A stretch of 64,000 bases of DNA from a virus, in IMG/VR virus record IMGVR_UViG_3300043172_000501, positions 32,657-96,656 of that record; one strand, given 5' to 3'. The translations under genes and the position numbers were made by a program. Below the pieces are notes generated by a model that saw only the letters and a program-made list of their open reading frames with translations, had not been told where the DNA came from and did not search any database. The stretch's first letter is position 1. The number at the start of each line of letters is the position of its first letter. Below are positions 24,833 through 34,904 of this stretch, piece by piece.

Positions 24833-26452
24833 ATGGCTACCACTAAAGAGATTGAAAAACTCGGTAAAGATAGAGTCCACACAAGATGGCATGCCACTAA
24901 AAAACATTTGATGACCCCCGACGACCTAGTAGGTCCTGACCAGGTAGAACCAGAAAAAAGAAAACGTGAACTACAGTTTAGAATGCAAGCTCTGCAAGAA
25001 TTGCAACTAAGAAAAGCCCGGAGAAGTTTCCCAGCGTTTATGGAATATTGTTTCGTCGACCCAGGGACAGGTAAAGCATTCGGGCAACAATGGTTCCATG
25101 ATGAATGGTCAGACGCGATGGATACTGAAAATCGTTTGATTATTTGCGCCCCTCGTGACCATGGCAAAACCTCACAAATAATTGGACGAGTAATTTATGA
25201 ATTAGGAAGAGATCCTAACTTGAGAATAAAGATTGCCTGTGCGTCTGATGGTAGAGCAAAAGAGAGACTGTTTGAGGTAAGTCAAAATATCCTATACAAC
25301 GCAAGGGTAAAAGAAGTCTTTCCTCACATGGAGCCAGACCCCGACGCTCAGTGGAATGTTCATAAGGTCCACGTTAGAAGAGATGCAAAACATCGTGACG
25401 CTTCAATCGAAGCTCTAGGAATTACTTCGACAGCAACCGGTGGTAGATGTGACCTACTGATAGCAGACGATGTAGTAGACAGAAGAAATGCTTTATCATT
25501 TCCTGCCCTACGAGAACAAATTAAAATGGCATGGTTAGCTGACTGGACAAACCTACTTGAGCCAGATTCTAAAGTTTGGGCAATCTGTACACTATGGCAT
25601 AAAGATGATTTGAACCACATGTTGATGGACAACCCAGCCTACACTACTCTGTTCTACGCCATCCCACCAGATTTCGGGAGCATGTGGACTGACAAATGGC
25701 CCGAGCATGAATTAAGAATGAGGCATAGGGAAATTGGTACCGTCGAGTTCAACAGGGGATTTCGTAATCAAGCAGTTGATACTGAGTCCCAGATGGTTCA
25801 AGAGTCATGGCTACATTACAAAGATTTGAATACCGACCCTGAGTTTAATGAACGGTTACCATTTATGGAATTTTTCACGAGCTATGATACAGCAGGCAGT
25901 CCGACCGGTTCAGCAAGTCAAGATTATTCATCAGCCTGTATCATCGCAGTGGATATTGAACGCAAGAAAATATATGTGGTAGATGCTTGGCACCAAAGAC
26001 TGACAATTAAAAAAATGGCATCGATAGTGAAGAAAGAAGCTGCAAAGTATTTTCCATTCAGGATACTGATTGAAAAGATTGGACAATCATCACTAGATGA
26101 ATGGGTATTGAATGATTATCCAGAACTAACAGGCACAGTCGAAGTAACAAAACCGAGGGTCAATAAAGCCATACGACTATTAGCAGTTACGCCCTTGTTA
26201 GAAATGGGCAATGTTATATTTGATAAACATCTGGACCCTAATAATTCACAATGGGAACCAGGCAGAGGATCTTTGATTCTTGAGCTAATGGACTTCCCTT
26301 TTTCAAAGCATGATGATATGGTTGATGCATTCTCGCAAGCATTAGATGGAGCCCGGAGATACTTTCTTGACGCTTGGGCATCTAAAGGCGAAAATGAAGT
26401 TGATATTTCTGTTGGTTTAGCAGAAGCAGATGACAGTCCATATTTATTTTAG
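24833..26452 (+). CDS. terL: Terminase large subunit
   Basis: Walker A APRDHGKT, Walker B LLIADD, nuclease YDTA...DYS and HDDMVDA. Confidence 0.95.
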   Translation: MATTKEIEKLGKDRVHTRWHATKKHLMTPDDLVGPDQVEPEKRKRELQFRMQALQELQLRKARRSFPAFMEYCFVDPGTGKAFGQQWFHDEWSDAMDTENRLIICAPRDHGKTSQIIGRVIYELGRDPNLRIKIACASDGRAKERLFEVSQNILYNARVKEVFPHMEPDPDAQWNVHKVHVRRDAKHRDASIEALGITSTATGGRCDLLIADDVVDRRNALSFPALREQIKMAWLADWTNLLEPDSKVWAICTLWHKDDLNHMLMDNPAYTTLFYAIPPDFGSMWTDKWPEHELRMRHREIGTVEFNRGFRNQAVDTESQMVQESWLHYKDLNTDPEFNERLPFMEFFTSYDTAGSPTGSASQDYSSACIIAVDIERKKIYVVDAWHQRLTIKKMASIVKKEAAKYFPFRILIEKIGQSSLDEWVLNDYPELTGTVEVTKPRVNKAIRLLAVTPLLEMGNVIFDKHLDPNNSQWEPGRGSLILELMDFPFSKHDDMVDAFSQALDGARRYFLDAWASKGENEVDISVGLAEADDSPYLF

Positions 26453-26459
26453 GAGAAAC

Positions 26460-26879
26460 ATGGAAGTTTATATCGCACTACAAGAGAACAATATCTACGC
26501 TTATGACAAAGAATGGATTAAAGTATTTCCTTTATTTCTACCTGTCCATTTATTCGGTGGAACCGAAATGATAATCGTCGATAAAGAATGCGAAGTAGTT
26601 GACAGCGGAATACTCGTTCGAATGCACAGTCCTTACTATCCACCAATGACTTGCCTTGTCACAACCAACACTTTAGCATCATTAGAAAAAAGAAAATCAA
26701 CCGTAGAAAAAATAACCAGGGATAAATCTCAAGTGTGTACGCACTCGATAGACGGGGCAGAACATAGGCGAAACACATGCCCATCCTGCTTTCAGTTTCT
26801 CTGGACTAAAAAAGCAAAACAGGCAAACATCAAACATGAATGTCTACAGGTAAAAGGAAAACCACTATGGATGAAATAA
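26460..26879 (+). CDS. Hypothetical protein
   Basis: AGGAG RBS before MEVYIA. Confidence 0.55.
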   Translation: MEVYIALQENNIYAYDKEWIKVFPLFLPVHLFGGTEMIIVDKECEVVDSGILVRMHSPYYPPMTCLVTTNTLASLEKRKSTVEKITRDKSQVCTHSIDGAEHRRNTCPSCFQFLWTKKAKQANIKHECLQVKGKPLWMK

Positions 26880-27283
26880 AATCAAATGCACCACGCTTAA
26901 GACTGAAGGCAGATATTGACTTTACTAAAGCTAATCCTCTCTGCATGAAATGTAGAGGGACTGGAATGTCAGGGCATAAAAAAATCGACAACCCAGAAAG
27001 TCCAAGCGAGAAGGTAGATATACCAATTATCTGTACTTGCTTGACTAGATCAGGTGGCGTTAAAGAAGATGCTATGGATAGAATTATGAAAGAAGTTGAT
27101 GAGCAACTTGACACAGGAATGTTTGCTGGACAACTAGCCAAAGATATTCAGAACCTACCAGCCGACGCAAGAGTTAAAGCAATCAACTCATTGAATGAAC
27201 AATTAAAAGATACAAAAAAAGAACCAAGAGTTTTAAAAGCAATACAAGAAACTTTAGATATCTTGAAAAAGGAGAGTAACTAA
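26867..27283 (+). CDS. Hypothetical protein with CxxCxGxG Zn motif
   Basis: CMKCRGTG...CTC. Confidence 0.6.
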   Translation: MDEIKSNAPRLRLKADIDFTKANPLCMKCRGTGMSGHKKIDNPESPSEKVDIPIICTCLTRSGGVKEDAMDRIMKEVDEQLDTGMFAGQLAKDIQNLPADARVKAINSLNEQLKDTKKEPRVLKAIQETLDILKKESN

Positions 27284-27597
27284 TGTCATCATTTCCAGAA
27301 AATAAAATTGTCGAATTACCACAAGAAGTATTAGGTACAGTAGACACAGGCATAGTCCCTATTGACTTAAACCAAATGTCAGATAAAGGCTTTGAATATT
27401 TCAAAGGAACCGGCGCCGCATTTACCGCTACACTTCAAGGATCAGTTGCCGGCAAAGTTTGGACAGAGATCGATGATCTTACTTCTACAGCTCAAGGAGC
27501 AATTCCCGCACAATACAATTACGCCCGTGTTAATATCACAGTGGCTGATCTTCTAGGAACTGACACTACATTATATGTTTGTGGCAAGGTTCTATAA
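27283..27597 (+). CDS. Hypothetical (possible virion) beta-rich protein
   Basis: AGGAG RBS; ATLQGS...WTEI...YARVN. Confidence 0.6.
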   Translation: MSSFPENKIVELPQEVLGTVDTGIVPIDLNQMSDKGFEYFKGTGAAFTATLQGSVAGKVWTEIDDLTSTAQGAIPAQYNYARVNITVADLLGTDTTLYVCGKVL

Positions 27598-29690
27598 TGC
27601 CCGCTAAAAAAAAGGCTACCAAAGAGGTAGAAATAAAGTTTGGTAAAGAGTCTATTCCCGACCAGGTTAATAAAGAATTACCCGTGGCAACAAGTGTAAT
27701 GAAACTCATGGCAAAAGGACGAGCCCTAGCCGGTGACGAGGTTGAAGAATCCCAAGCCCTGGGTAGCCTAGCTCAAGCGAATGAGCAATGGGGAAAGCTC
27801 GGAGCAGTCGTTCCACCCTATGACCCTGAGTCATTATTGAATTACATTGAACTTACTCCACACCTTCAGCCTTGCATTGAATCTATGTCACAAAATATTG
27901 ACGGCTACGGATACCAACCAGTATTAGTTGAACCATGGATGGACAATATAGAAACGACCGACGCAGAGAAAGCTATTGCAGAAGCTCTATTCATTGAAGA
28001 TTGGGTATCATCAGAAGAAGAAGCTCTCACTGCAGAAACTGAAGTCGAAGAATTAAAATCAGAAATTGCCCAGTTAAAGAAGGCTAAGAAGCCACGGAAG
28101 TTATCTCAAGCTGTTGCAAGATTAAAAGAATTAGAAGATCAACTTGCTGAACCTAAGCCAGAACCACCTAGTCCTGTATCGCCAGAAGACTTAGAGGAGG
28201 ACATGGACGATGAAGAGGAAAACGAGATTGATGCGGAATACAGGCAACGTGTGGCAGAAGAGCAAGAAAAACTTACGACACAAATCAAGCGAGAGAGATT
28301 CATGTTCGATGCCTGGTTTAAAAACTGTTGTTCAGAATCATCATTCACTAAGCTGCGAAAAAATATGCGAGAAGACTACGAAGCACATGGATGGGGATGC
28401 ATCGAGTTCAGACGTGACGGCTACGGAAGATTGAAAAGACTTAGTTATGTTCCAGCATACACAGTCCGTCCAATGCAATCAGAAGGCGAAGTGGTCGAAG
28501 TAGCAGAAGATGACGCCATCACACCACTATCAGAAAACAGAGAAGTAATAGTCAAACGACGCTTCAGGATTTTCGTTCAGATAGTTGGCAGTAAAAAAGT
28601 TTATTACAAATCACCTGGCGACCCTCGTGTCATCTCACGCACTACCGGCAAATCTTATGACTCAGTGCAATCTCTAACACGATCTAAAGAGTCTAATAAG
28701 AACCCAGGAGAAGGTAAGAAGGCTGTACCAGCTAATGAATTACTCTGGATAGCACAACACGATCCAAAGACACCCTGTCCACCACCAAGATGGATTGGAA
28801 ATCTCTTGGCAGTGCTAGGCGTTAGAGAAGCCGACGAAACTAATTATTTCTATCTTGCAGATAACGCTATTCCTTCAGGGATTTTATTTGTCCATGGCGG
28901 AACAGTTCCCAAGGCTACTAAAGAACGATTAGAAAAAAGAATCAAGCATGAGATAGGCGGAGCTGAGAACTCAGGAAAGATACTGATAGTAGAAGCTAAA
29001 CCGGGCGGGACATCTAATCCAAACGAAAAGACCATGCAACCGTCCTTAACTTTTCAATCATTGAGAGACACTGGAAACAGTGATGCACTCTTCACTGAAT
29101 ACGATAAAAGAAGTGCAGACCGTATAGGGGCATCATTCAGATTACCACCAATGCTTAGAGGTTACACCCCGTCATCAATGAACAGAGCTACAGCCCTTGC
29201 GTCTCTTGGGTTTGCCGAGCAACAAGTATTTGAACCAGAACGACAAGACTTTGATTGGCTTATGAATAAATATGTACTGCCAGAAATCAATATAAAACTT
29301 TGGAAATTTCAGTCCAATTCACCACCAACACGCTCCGCAGAAGACATCGGAAAACTTGTTCAAGCAACAGCTCCTCAAGGCGGTTTAATACCAGCTGAAA
29401 TAAGAGAACTACTTGCAGATGTTCTAAACAGACCACTCAAAACTATCAATGAGCCGTGGACACAACAACCAATGCCATTGACATTATCTGGCGGAGGCGG
29501 GGCTGTCCCAGGGGCTGGTGGAGACGCAGACATAAATGAGAGGCTTCTAGCTATTGAAAATACAATTGCCCAAGTGGTCACTGAAGAACTAAGACAAGCT
29601 GGGCTTGACCTAGAAGTAACAACAGGATTTGTAGACTCAGGAGATGCCGATTTCGGTAGTGACGGTGATGACAATGAAGAAAAAAGTTGA
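27597..29690 (+). CDS. Portal protein with acidic insertion
   Basis: Position after terL; PPYDP, NIDGYGY, NAIPSGILFVHGG, ASFRLPPMLRG, EQQVFEP. Confidence 0.92.
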   Translation: MPAKKKATKEVEIKFGKESIPDQVNKELPVATSVMKLMAKGRALAGDEVEESQALGSLAQANEQWGKLGAVVPPYDPESLLNYIELTPHLQPCIESMSQNIDGYGYQPVLVEPWMDNIETTDAEKAIAEALFIEDWVSSEEEALTAETEVEELKSEIAQLKKAKKPRKLSQAVARLKELEDQLAEPKPEPPSPVSPEDLEEDMDDEEENEIDAEYRQRVAEEQEKLTTQIKRERFMFDAWFKNCCSESSFTKLRKNMREDYEAHGWGCIEFRRDGYGRLKRLSYVPAYTVRPMQSEGEVVEVAEDDAITPLSENREVIVKRRFRIFVQIVGSKKVYYKSPGDPRVISRTTGKSYDSVQSLTRSKESNKNPGEGKKAVPANELLWIAQHDPKTPCPPPRWIGNLLAVLGVREADETNYFYLADNAIPSGILFVHGGTVPKATKERLEKRIKHEIGGAENSGKILIVEAKPGGTSNPNEKTMQPSLTFQSLRDTGNSDALFTEYDKRSADRIGASFRLPPMLRGYTPSSMNRATALASLGFAEQQVFEPERQDFDWLMNKYVLPEINIKLWKFQSNSPPTRSAEDIGKLVQATAPQGGLIPAEIRELLADVLNRPLKTINEPWTQQPMPLTLSGGGGAVPGAGGDADINERLLAIENTIAQVVTEELRQAGLDLEVTTGFVDSGDADFGSDGDDNEEKS

Positions 29691-29880
29691 ACAACCTAGA
29701 CCACAATTAGGACAAACATGGATACTAAAGAGAGACGAGTGGAGTCCATTTGAAGAAGTCGTGGTTGATAAAGTTGGATTATTCGGAGATGTATTCGCCA
29801 AGAATAAAAACGGAACACAAGTATGCATGACACAAAACAATTTCACCAACGAGTATCGTCCGAAAGGAAAAGATGACTGA
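29674..29880 (+). CDS. Hypothetical protein
   Basis: PQLGQTW small beta domain. Confidence 0.5.
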   Translation: MKKKVEQPRPQLGQTWILKRDEWSPFEEVVVDKVGLFGDVFAKNKNGTQVCMTQNNFTNEYRPKGKDD

Positions 29881-30262
29881 TAAATGGTATGAAGGACCGT
29901 GGAAAGTAATACCCGAAACATCTATGACACAGAGGGCAAGACTTAAACCCGGCGAGATAATGAAACATAAATCAGGGACAGTCCTACTCAATTGTCCAGC
30001 GTGTAACTCATTACAATTCGCCAAAGCCTCAGTCATTAGTTCTGACATCTTGCCATCATTAGACAGGGCGATTCAATGTGGATCTGGCTTTTGTAAACGA
30101 TGTGGTGTATGGTTCAGAATAATAGATGGTAAAACTATTGAACAAGAAAAGCAAAACCCTAAAACTATACCACTACCAAAGATATTAGTTGACGCAGGCG
30201 TTACAAAACAAAAGAGTCTAGCTGAAGAGATACGCAAAATAAGAAAACAACGAGGAGAATAA
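29873..30262 (+). CDS. Cys-rich protein, distantly DUF6527-like
   Basis: CPAC...PSL...IQC...CKRC..WFRIIDGK. Confidence 0.55.
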   Translation: MTDKWYEGPWKVIPETSMTQRARLKPGEIMKHKSGTVLLNCPACNSLQFAKASVISSDILPSLDRAIQCGSGFCKRCGVWFRIIDGKTIEQEKQNPKTIPLPKILVDAGVTKQKSLAEEIRKIRKQRGE

Positions 30263-30263
30263 A

Positions 30264-33200
30264 TTGCTGCTACCATGTTCCGCTAAAGAAGATGGTTATG
30301 CTTCACTATTTCCACATGTAGATTTTGGAAATGATTTAGCATTAGCCTTATATCGAGTAGGGATAAGAGCCAGTCACTCACCCGTGGCAGTCTCAGGATA
30401 CGGAATGATTATTGTTAACTCTCGTGAGTGTAAGATGCTCACATCCTACTCAATAAATGGCGCACGAATAGAAGCAATCAAAACATCAGGAGGCAAACCG
30501 TTCGTTTTAACACGGGCGATTGCAAGAGGAAAAGTGACACTACATGAGAGATTAGAAAGTGTACACTTCGTCTCATTATCAGTCCTTAATAAATTAGATG
30601 AGGTAAAACTGATTGCACCAAACGGCGTATTACTCGAAAAAGCAAAAGATATTTTTGATAAAAAAGACATCAGGACAATCTCAAATACACTCGCCGGCAG
30701 ACTACGTGGAGTAGATAAGAAGTTCATAAAACCTCACATGGACAAACTACTTAAACAACTAGTTGACGAGCCCTGGGAGAATCTGAATAAAAAAGATAGA
30801 GCCAAGGTATTTAAAAAACTAAATACACGAATGAAAGCCCTTGCTACTGAAAAGCTTTTGCCTATGTGGGAAAAAGAATTAAAAACCACAGTAGAAGTCG
30901 TCGGCAATAAAACTAAAAAACAAGTAACAGATAAGTTTTTCCCACGCATAGGCACATCTTTTGACAGGGACGAAAAGAAAGCTCTTCAACAAATCGGTAC
31001 ACAACAAGGATGGTTTTTACGAGGCGCACAAGGTGAAGTATCCCAACGCATCACTAACAAAGGGCGCAAGATAGTTGAAGATGGACTATCAATGGGACTA
31101 GGTAGAAAAGAAATCGGCAAAAGATTAAAAGATAATTTGCCAACTATGTGGGATAAATATGGAGACAACTACGCCAATGTAGTCGCATCTAACGCTGTGG
31201 TACGTGCTAGGTCGTTCTCTCAGCTTTCTACCTATCAAGATGCCGGCATTGAACTGATGGAAGTTATCGCCATCCTAGACGAGCGAACAAGTGATGTTTG
31301 CAGATACATGGATGGTCAAGTAATCAGCGTGAATGAGAGTATGAATATCGCAACTGAAGCTGCGAATATCGCTGAACCAAAAGACATAGGAAAAGTATCT
31401 CCATTTATGTCAGTTAAAAATACTCCTGCAGGAAAAATATTAACAACCGGTACCGGTACAGAAGTCGCAGAAATGACACGTTCCGGCAAAGGCGCAGTAA
31501 ATGATCGTGGAGGTTTTAGTGGATTTAAGATGGGAAATCAACTGCCACAACAAGCTAAGATAGGCGCTCCACCATATCATCACAACTGTAGAAGTTTAAC
31601 TGTTCCAAGGGTTGAGTCTTTTCAGATACCGTCGAGTTATCAAGTCAGAACAGCATCAACCCCTATTCCAAAAATTCAATCATTCAAAGAGATGCCTCAA
31701 AGGACTATGGTACAATACACAGAACCATCTAAAACAAAGCCTCAAGTTCAAGGGACAGAGCCAGCACTAGATAGCTACGCAATACCAGAAGCATTCACGT
31801 CTGAACCAGGGAAAAGAGCCAGGGATTCAGCAAAGAAGCCGAACGCAGAATATGGATTCAGGGTATGGAGAGAAGACAGTCAGAGTAGTATTTTCAATGA
31901 TCAAACTAAATATAAAACTATCAAGAAGCCAAAGACTTTAGGTCAAGAGACAGGATACAATGATCCCAAACTGTTTGAACCTATTGAAAAACAAAATGGT
32001 CTAGTTGAAGTCATCACCGAGAGTGAAGATTTCCTCACTGATAGCAAGAGCCTAGCATCTCTTGTTTCTAATAAAGGCGCATTAAACAAGAACAGCTTAG
32101 TTCAAGTGACAGATAAGAATAATAAGAAAGTCTATGTCAGAATGGACATGGAGAATATAACTGACGCAGATAAAAACTTTTTAGACTTCGCCGGAACAAA
32201 ATTAAAAGAAGGCAGTATGACCAAGAAAGATTTTGCTGCTTTAGAAAAAAGAGGGAAGAAAAACGGCTGGCTCAAGACTGGCGACAAGCTTGAAGATGTG
32301 GCAAAATCCATAACAGATCGTGTCAGCACAAAGTCGAAAAAAATAAATAAGCCCAAGAGAATAAAACCCAAAGTCGAGCCAGCATCAGAGCCTGAAGACG
32401 AGATAGAGAAGCCAAAAGAAAAAGCAAAGCCGATTCCACCACCAGAAAATAACAGTAAAGCAGTGCTGTCTCCAAGGTCGCTACGAAAAGCGAAACTCAA
32501 ATCTAGTGATATAGCTGAAGAAGGTAGAACATCAGTAGAGAACCGCATATTAGCAGCACAAAGAACAGTAAATAATAAGAGTCCAGTTGGATTCTACCGA
32601 ACAGTACAAACTGACTCTGAAGGAAAAACCATCAACAAGAGTTCATGGGGTAAGAATACAGGAACTGCGTCTCAGGATTTCTACGGCAAACCCACTGTTA
32701 TACCGGACCTAAGCGCAATACCACTGACAGACAAAGACAATATTGTACATCTTAACATCGGAGACAATATAGAAAAGCCAGGAGACTTAGACATTATGAG
32801 CACTAGTAAGATAAAATTGCAAAGTGCAGTAGAAGGAATTATAAATTCAGAAAAAGATAGGAATACAAAAAAGCACACACAACGTGATTACATTGTCCAC
32901 GCTAACAACGGGCGTACAGTTGTTGTCAGAGTAGATACTAAAATAATAAACAAGATGGACAAAAAAGAATTACGCAGAGCGTCAACGGCTATTTTCAATC
33001 AAAAAGAAGAGAGTGTTACAGACGAACAGTTAAAGAAATTCGGCTTCAACGTTACAGATGACTTTTCAAAGATGTATGATACTTTTGAAAAAGACTACTC
33101 AAAACAAGGACTACTAGTAGGCGTCCCAATAAAAGAACAAACGATTAAGAGAGTTGCTGCTATGCGAGAAGAGATAGATAGCCGTGTCGCAAAGATAATA

Positions 33201-34019
33201 AAAGAAAAACCAAAAAAAGAACGTTACGCAAAACGTGAAGTAATGAGGCAGATATTACAAGAAAACAGAGCGACAGGGAAACCTACTGATAATATGGCTA
33301 AAAAACCGACACTAGGGAGCGACGCCAAAGCTATGGACTTAGCTTACGGCAATATGAGCCAAGCATCATTGACAGCTCTGAATACAAAGAAGCTCCCTAA
33401 ATATAAACAGACCAAAGAAGGAGTTTCATATTACAGAGAAGACAAAGTGGCTGTTTATATAGACAGTAACCGTAATGCTCAGTTAATTGGCAGTACCTGG
33501 AGTGAAGGTGAAGCAGGCGAAGGAAAAGAAATAAAACAATTCGAAGACGCCTTTGATGTTCTAAGGCACGAGTATCAACATCACTTTGATTCAGTAGGTT
33601 TAAACGGAGCTGCAGCAAAAGCTACTAGGAACAATAATTTCAAAGCAGGGGCCATTGATCTCGTTACCAGGCACGATACAGATCCACCAAACACACAAGT
33701 CTTTATACCGATAAAAACAAACACTAGGTATTCAGGCGTTTCTTACGGGTCAACAGCAGAATACAAAAAACTAAAAGGGAAATATAAATCAGCAGAAGAA
33801 TGGGAAAAGCTCGTAGAAGAAATAGAATCAAAAAGTACAGCAACCAGTGGGACTGAGTTTTTTGCCATGGGTGCGACTGCTATAACGCCCAACGGTAAAA
33901 TGTCACGGAAAGAATTTCTAAACAACGCATCAGTTACAGCAGTTGACGCCTATGACGATTGCCCAGACCAGATAGCAGGATACCTACAATCATTAGCCGG
34001 GGCATTTGTCCCGTTTTAG
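30264..34019 (+). CDS. Long MuF/SPP1 gp7-family minor head protein with C-terminal HExxH metallopeptidase-like domain
   Basis: AILDERTSDVCRYMDG and PPYHHNCRS (MuF); HEYQH at 33567-33581 and TEFFAMG. Confidence 0.85.
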   Translation: MLLPCSAKEDGYASLFPHVDFGNDLALALYRVGIRASHSPVAVSGYGMIIVNSRECKMLTSYSINGARIEAIKTSGGKPFVLTRAIARGKVTLHERLESVHFVSLSVLNKLDEVKLIAPNGVLLEKAKDIFDKKDIRTISNTLAGRLRGVDKKFIKPHMDKLLKQLVDEPWENLNKKDRAKVFKKLNTRMKALATEKLLPMWEKELKTTVEVVGNKTKKQVTDKFFPRIGTSFDRDEKKALQQIGTQQGWFLRGAQGEVSQRITNKGRKIVEDGLSMGLGRKEIGKRLKDNLPTMWDKYGDNYANVVASNAVVRARSFSQLSTYQDAGIELMEVIAILDERTSDVCRYMDGQVISVNESMNIATEAANIAEPKDIGKVSPFMSVKNTPAGKILTTGTGTEVAEMTRSGKGAVNDRGGFSGFKMGNQLPQQAKIGAPPYHHNCRSLTVPRVESFQIPSSYQVRTASTPIPKIQSFKEMPQRTMVQYTEPSKTKPQVQGTEPALDSYAIPEAFTSEPGKRARDSAKKPNAEYGFRVWREDSQSSIFNDQTKYKTIKKPKTLGQETGYNDPKLFEPIEKQNGLVEVITESEDFLTDSKSLASLVSNKGALNKNSLVQVTDKNNKKVYVRMDMENITDADKNFLDFAGTKLKEGSMTKKDFAALEKRGKKNGWLKTGDKLEDVAKSITDRVSTKSKKINKPKRIKPKVEPASEPEDEIEKPKEKAKPIPPPENNSKAVLSPRSLRKAKLKSSDIAEEGRTSVENRILAAQRTVNNKSPVGFYRTVQTDSEGKTINKSSWGKNTGTASQDFYGKPTVIPDLSAIPLTDKDNIVHLNIGDNIEKPGDLDIMSTSKIKLQSAVEGIINSEKDRNTKKHTQRDYIVHANNGRTVVVRVDTKIINKMDKKELRRASTAIFNQKEESVTDEQLKKFGFNVTDDFSKMYDTFEKDYSKQGLLVGVPIKEQTIKRVAAMREEIDSRVAKIIKEKPKKERYAKREVMRQILQENRATGKPTDNMAKKPTLGSDAKAMDLAYGNMSQASLTALNTKKLPKYKQTKEGVSYYREDKVAVYIDSNRNAQLIGSTWSEGEAGEGKEIKQFEDAFDVLRHEYQHHFDSVGLNGAAAKATRNNNFKAGAIDLVTRHDTDPPNTQVFIPIKTNTRYSGVSYGSTAEYKKLKGKYKSAEEWEKLVEEIESKSTATSGTEFFAMGATAITPNGKMSRKEFLNNASVTAVDAYDDCPDQIAGYLQSLAGAFVPF

Positions 34020-34033
34020 AAGAAAGGAACCAG

Positions 34034-34528
34034 ATGCTAAAAATCAAAATAGCTGTAACAGGAACCTGCTCAATTACTTATATGAGCACAACAAGTCCAA
34101 TAGAAGTAAAAAGAATAGCAACTGTCAAAACTACAGAAGCAAAAACCTCTTTTATTTCGTTTGACAAATCACTAACAAAAGAAGAACGCAAAGAAGCTAA
34201 AAATAAATTAACCACAGTCAAAGAGATCATTATGTCTACTGATAGAGTCTATCATGATTCAAACAGTAATAAGTCTATTCCATTTAAAGAGGCTTATGGT
34301 ACATATAATTCATTGAGAGACTACCTGCCAGCAGTCGGTTTAAGTCTAGATGAAAGCGAGTCAGAGATAAAAGATAATACAGATTTGTTTGGCCCAGTTA
34401 TACGCGATAAAGAATTCATAATAGTAGAAGAGGAGAACGAAAGAGCAACACAAGAGTGGCACGAAGTAATATATTGGGAAGATGAAGAAGCATCAGAACA
34501 AAAGTTTGACAGTCTACAACAAGGTTAG
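34034..34528 (+). CDS. Hypothetical protein, candidate immunity partner of the MuF C-terminal domain
   Basis: AAAGGA RBS; begins 14 nt after the MuF stop. Confidence 0.5.
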   Translation: MLKIKIAVTGTCSITYMSTTSPIEVKRIATVKTTEAKTSFISFDKSLTKEERKEAKNKLTTVKEIIMSTDRVYHDSNSNKSIPFKEAYGTYNSLRDYLPAVGLSLDESESEIKDNTDLFGPVIRDKEFIIVEEENERATQEWHEVIYWEDEEASEQKFDSLQQG

Positions 34529-34541
34529 GTAAAGTGAATAT

Positions 34542-34904
34542 ATGGTTGCAATAATAATACCCAAGTCCCCAGGAGCAATTGACAGACCGTTTTCGGATTT
34601 GGTAACTAAACCAGAGGATCTTAAAAAGGTAATTCGGACTATGACAAACGCCCTAGCACTATCATTCGATCAAGATGAGAAGGACCATGGCGTAGGTTTC
34701 CGTTTAAAAATACAAACACAGCAAGAGGTAAAACGACGGACAGACATACTTGGTCGTTGGTTTAGAGTACTACGTGGGGACTGCGGATTAGGACTTATCA
34801 GATGTTTAGATGAGTTGCCCAAAGCCCTAAGAAAAGAAATCAACGGAGAGGAATATACGCCTCCAGAAAAAAGCCGGCTGTGGACGCCGGAGGGAGCTAG
34901 ATGA
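34542..34904 (+). CDS. Hypothetical head-module protein
   Basis: Position, AGGT RBS. Confidence 0.65.
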   Translation: MVAIIIPKSPGAIDRPFSDLVTKPEDLKKVIRTMTNALALSFDQDEKDHGVGFRLKIQTQQEVKRRTDILGRWFRVLRGDCGLGLIRCLDELPKALRKEINGEEYTPPEKSRLWTPEGAR

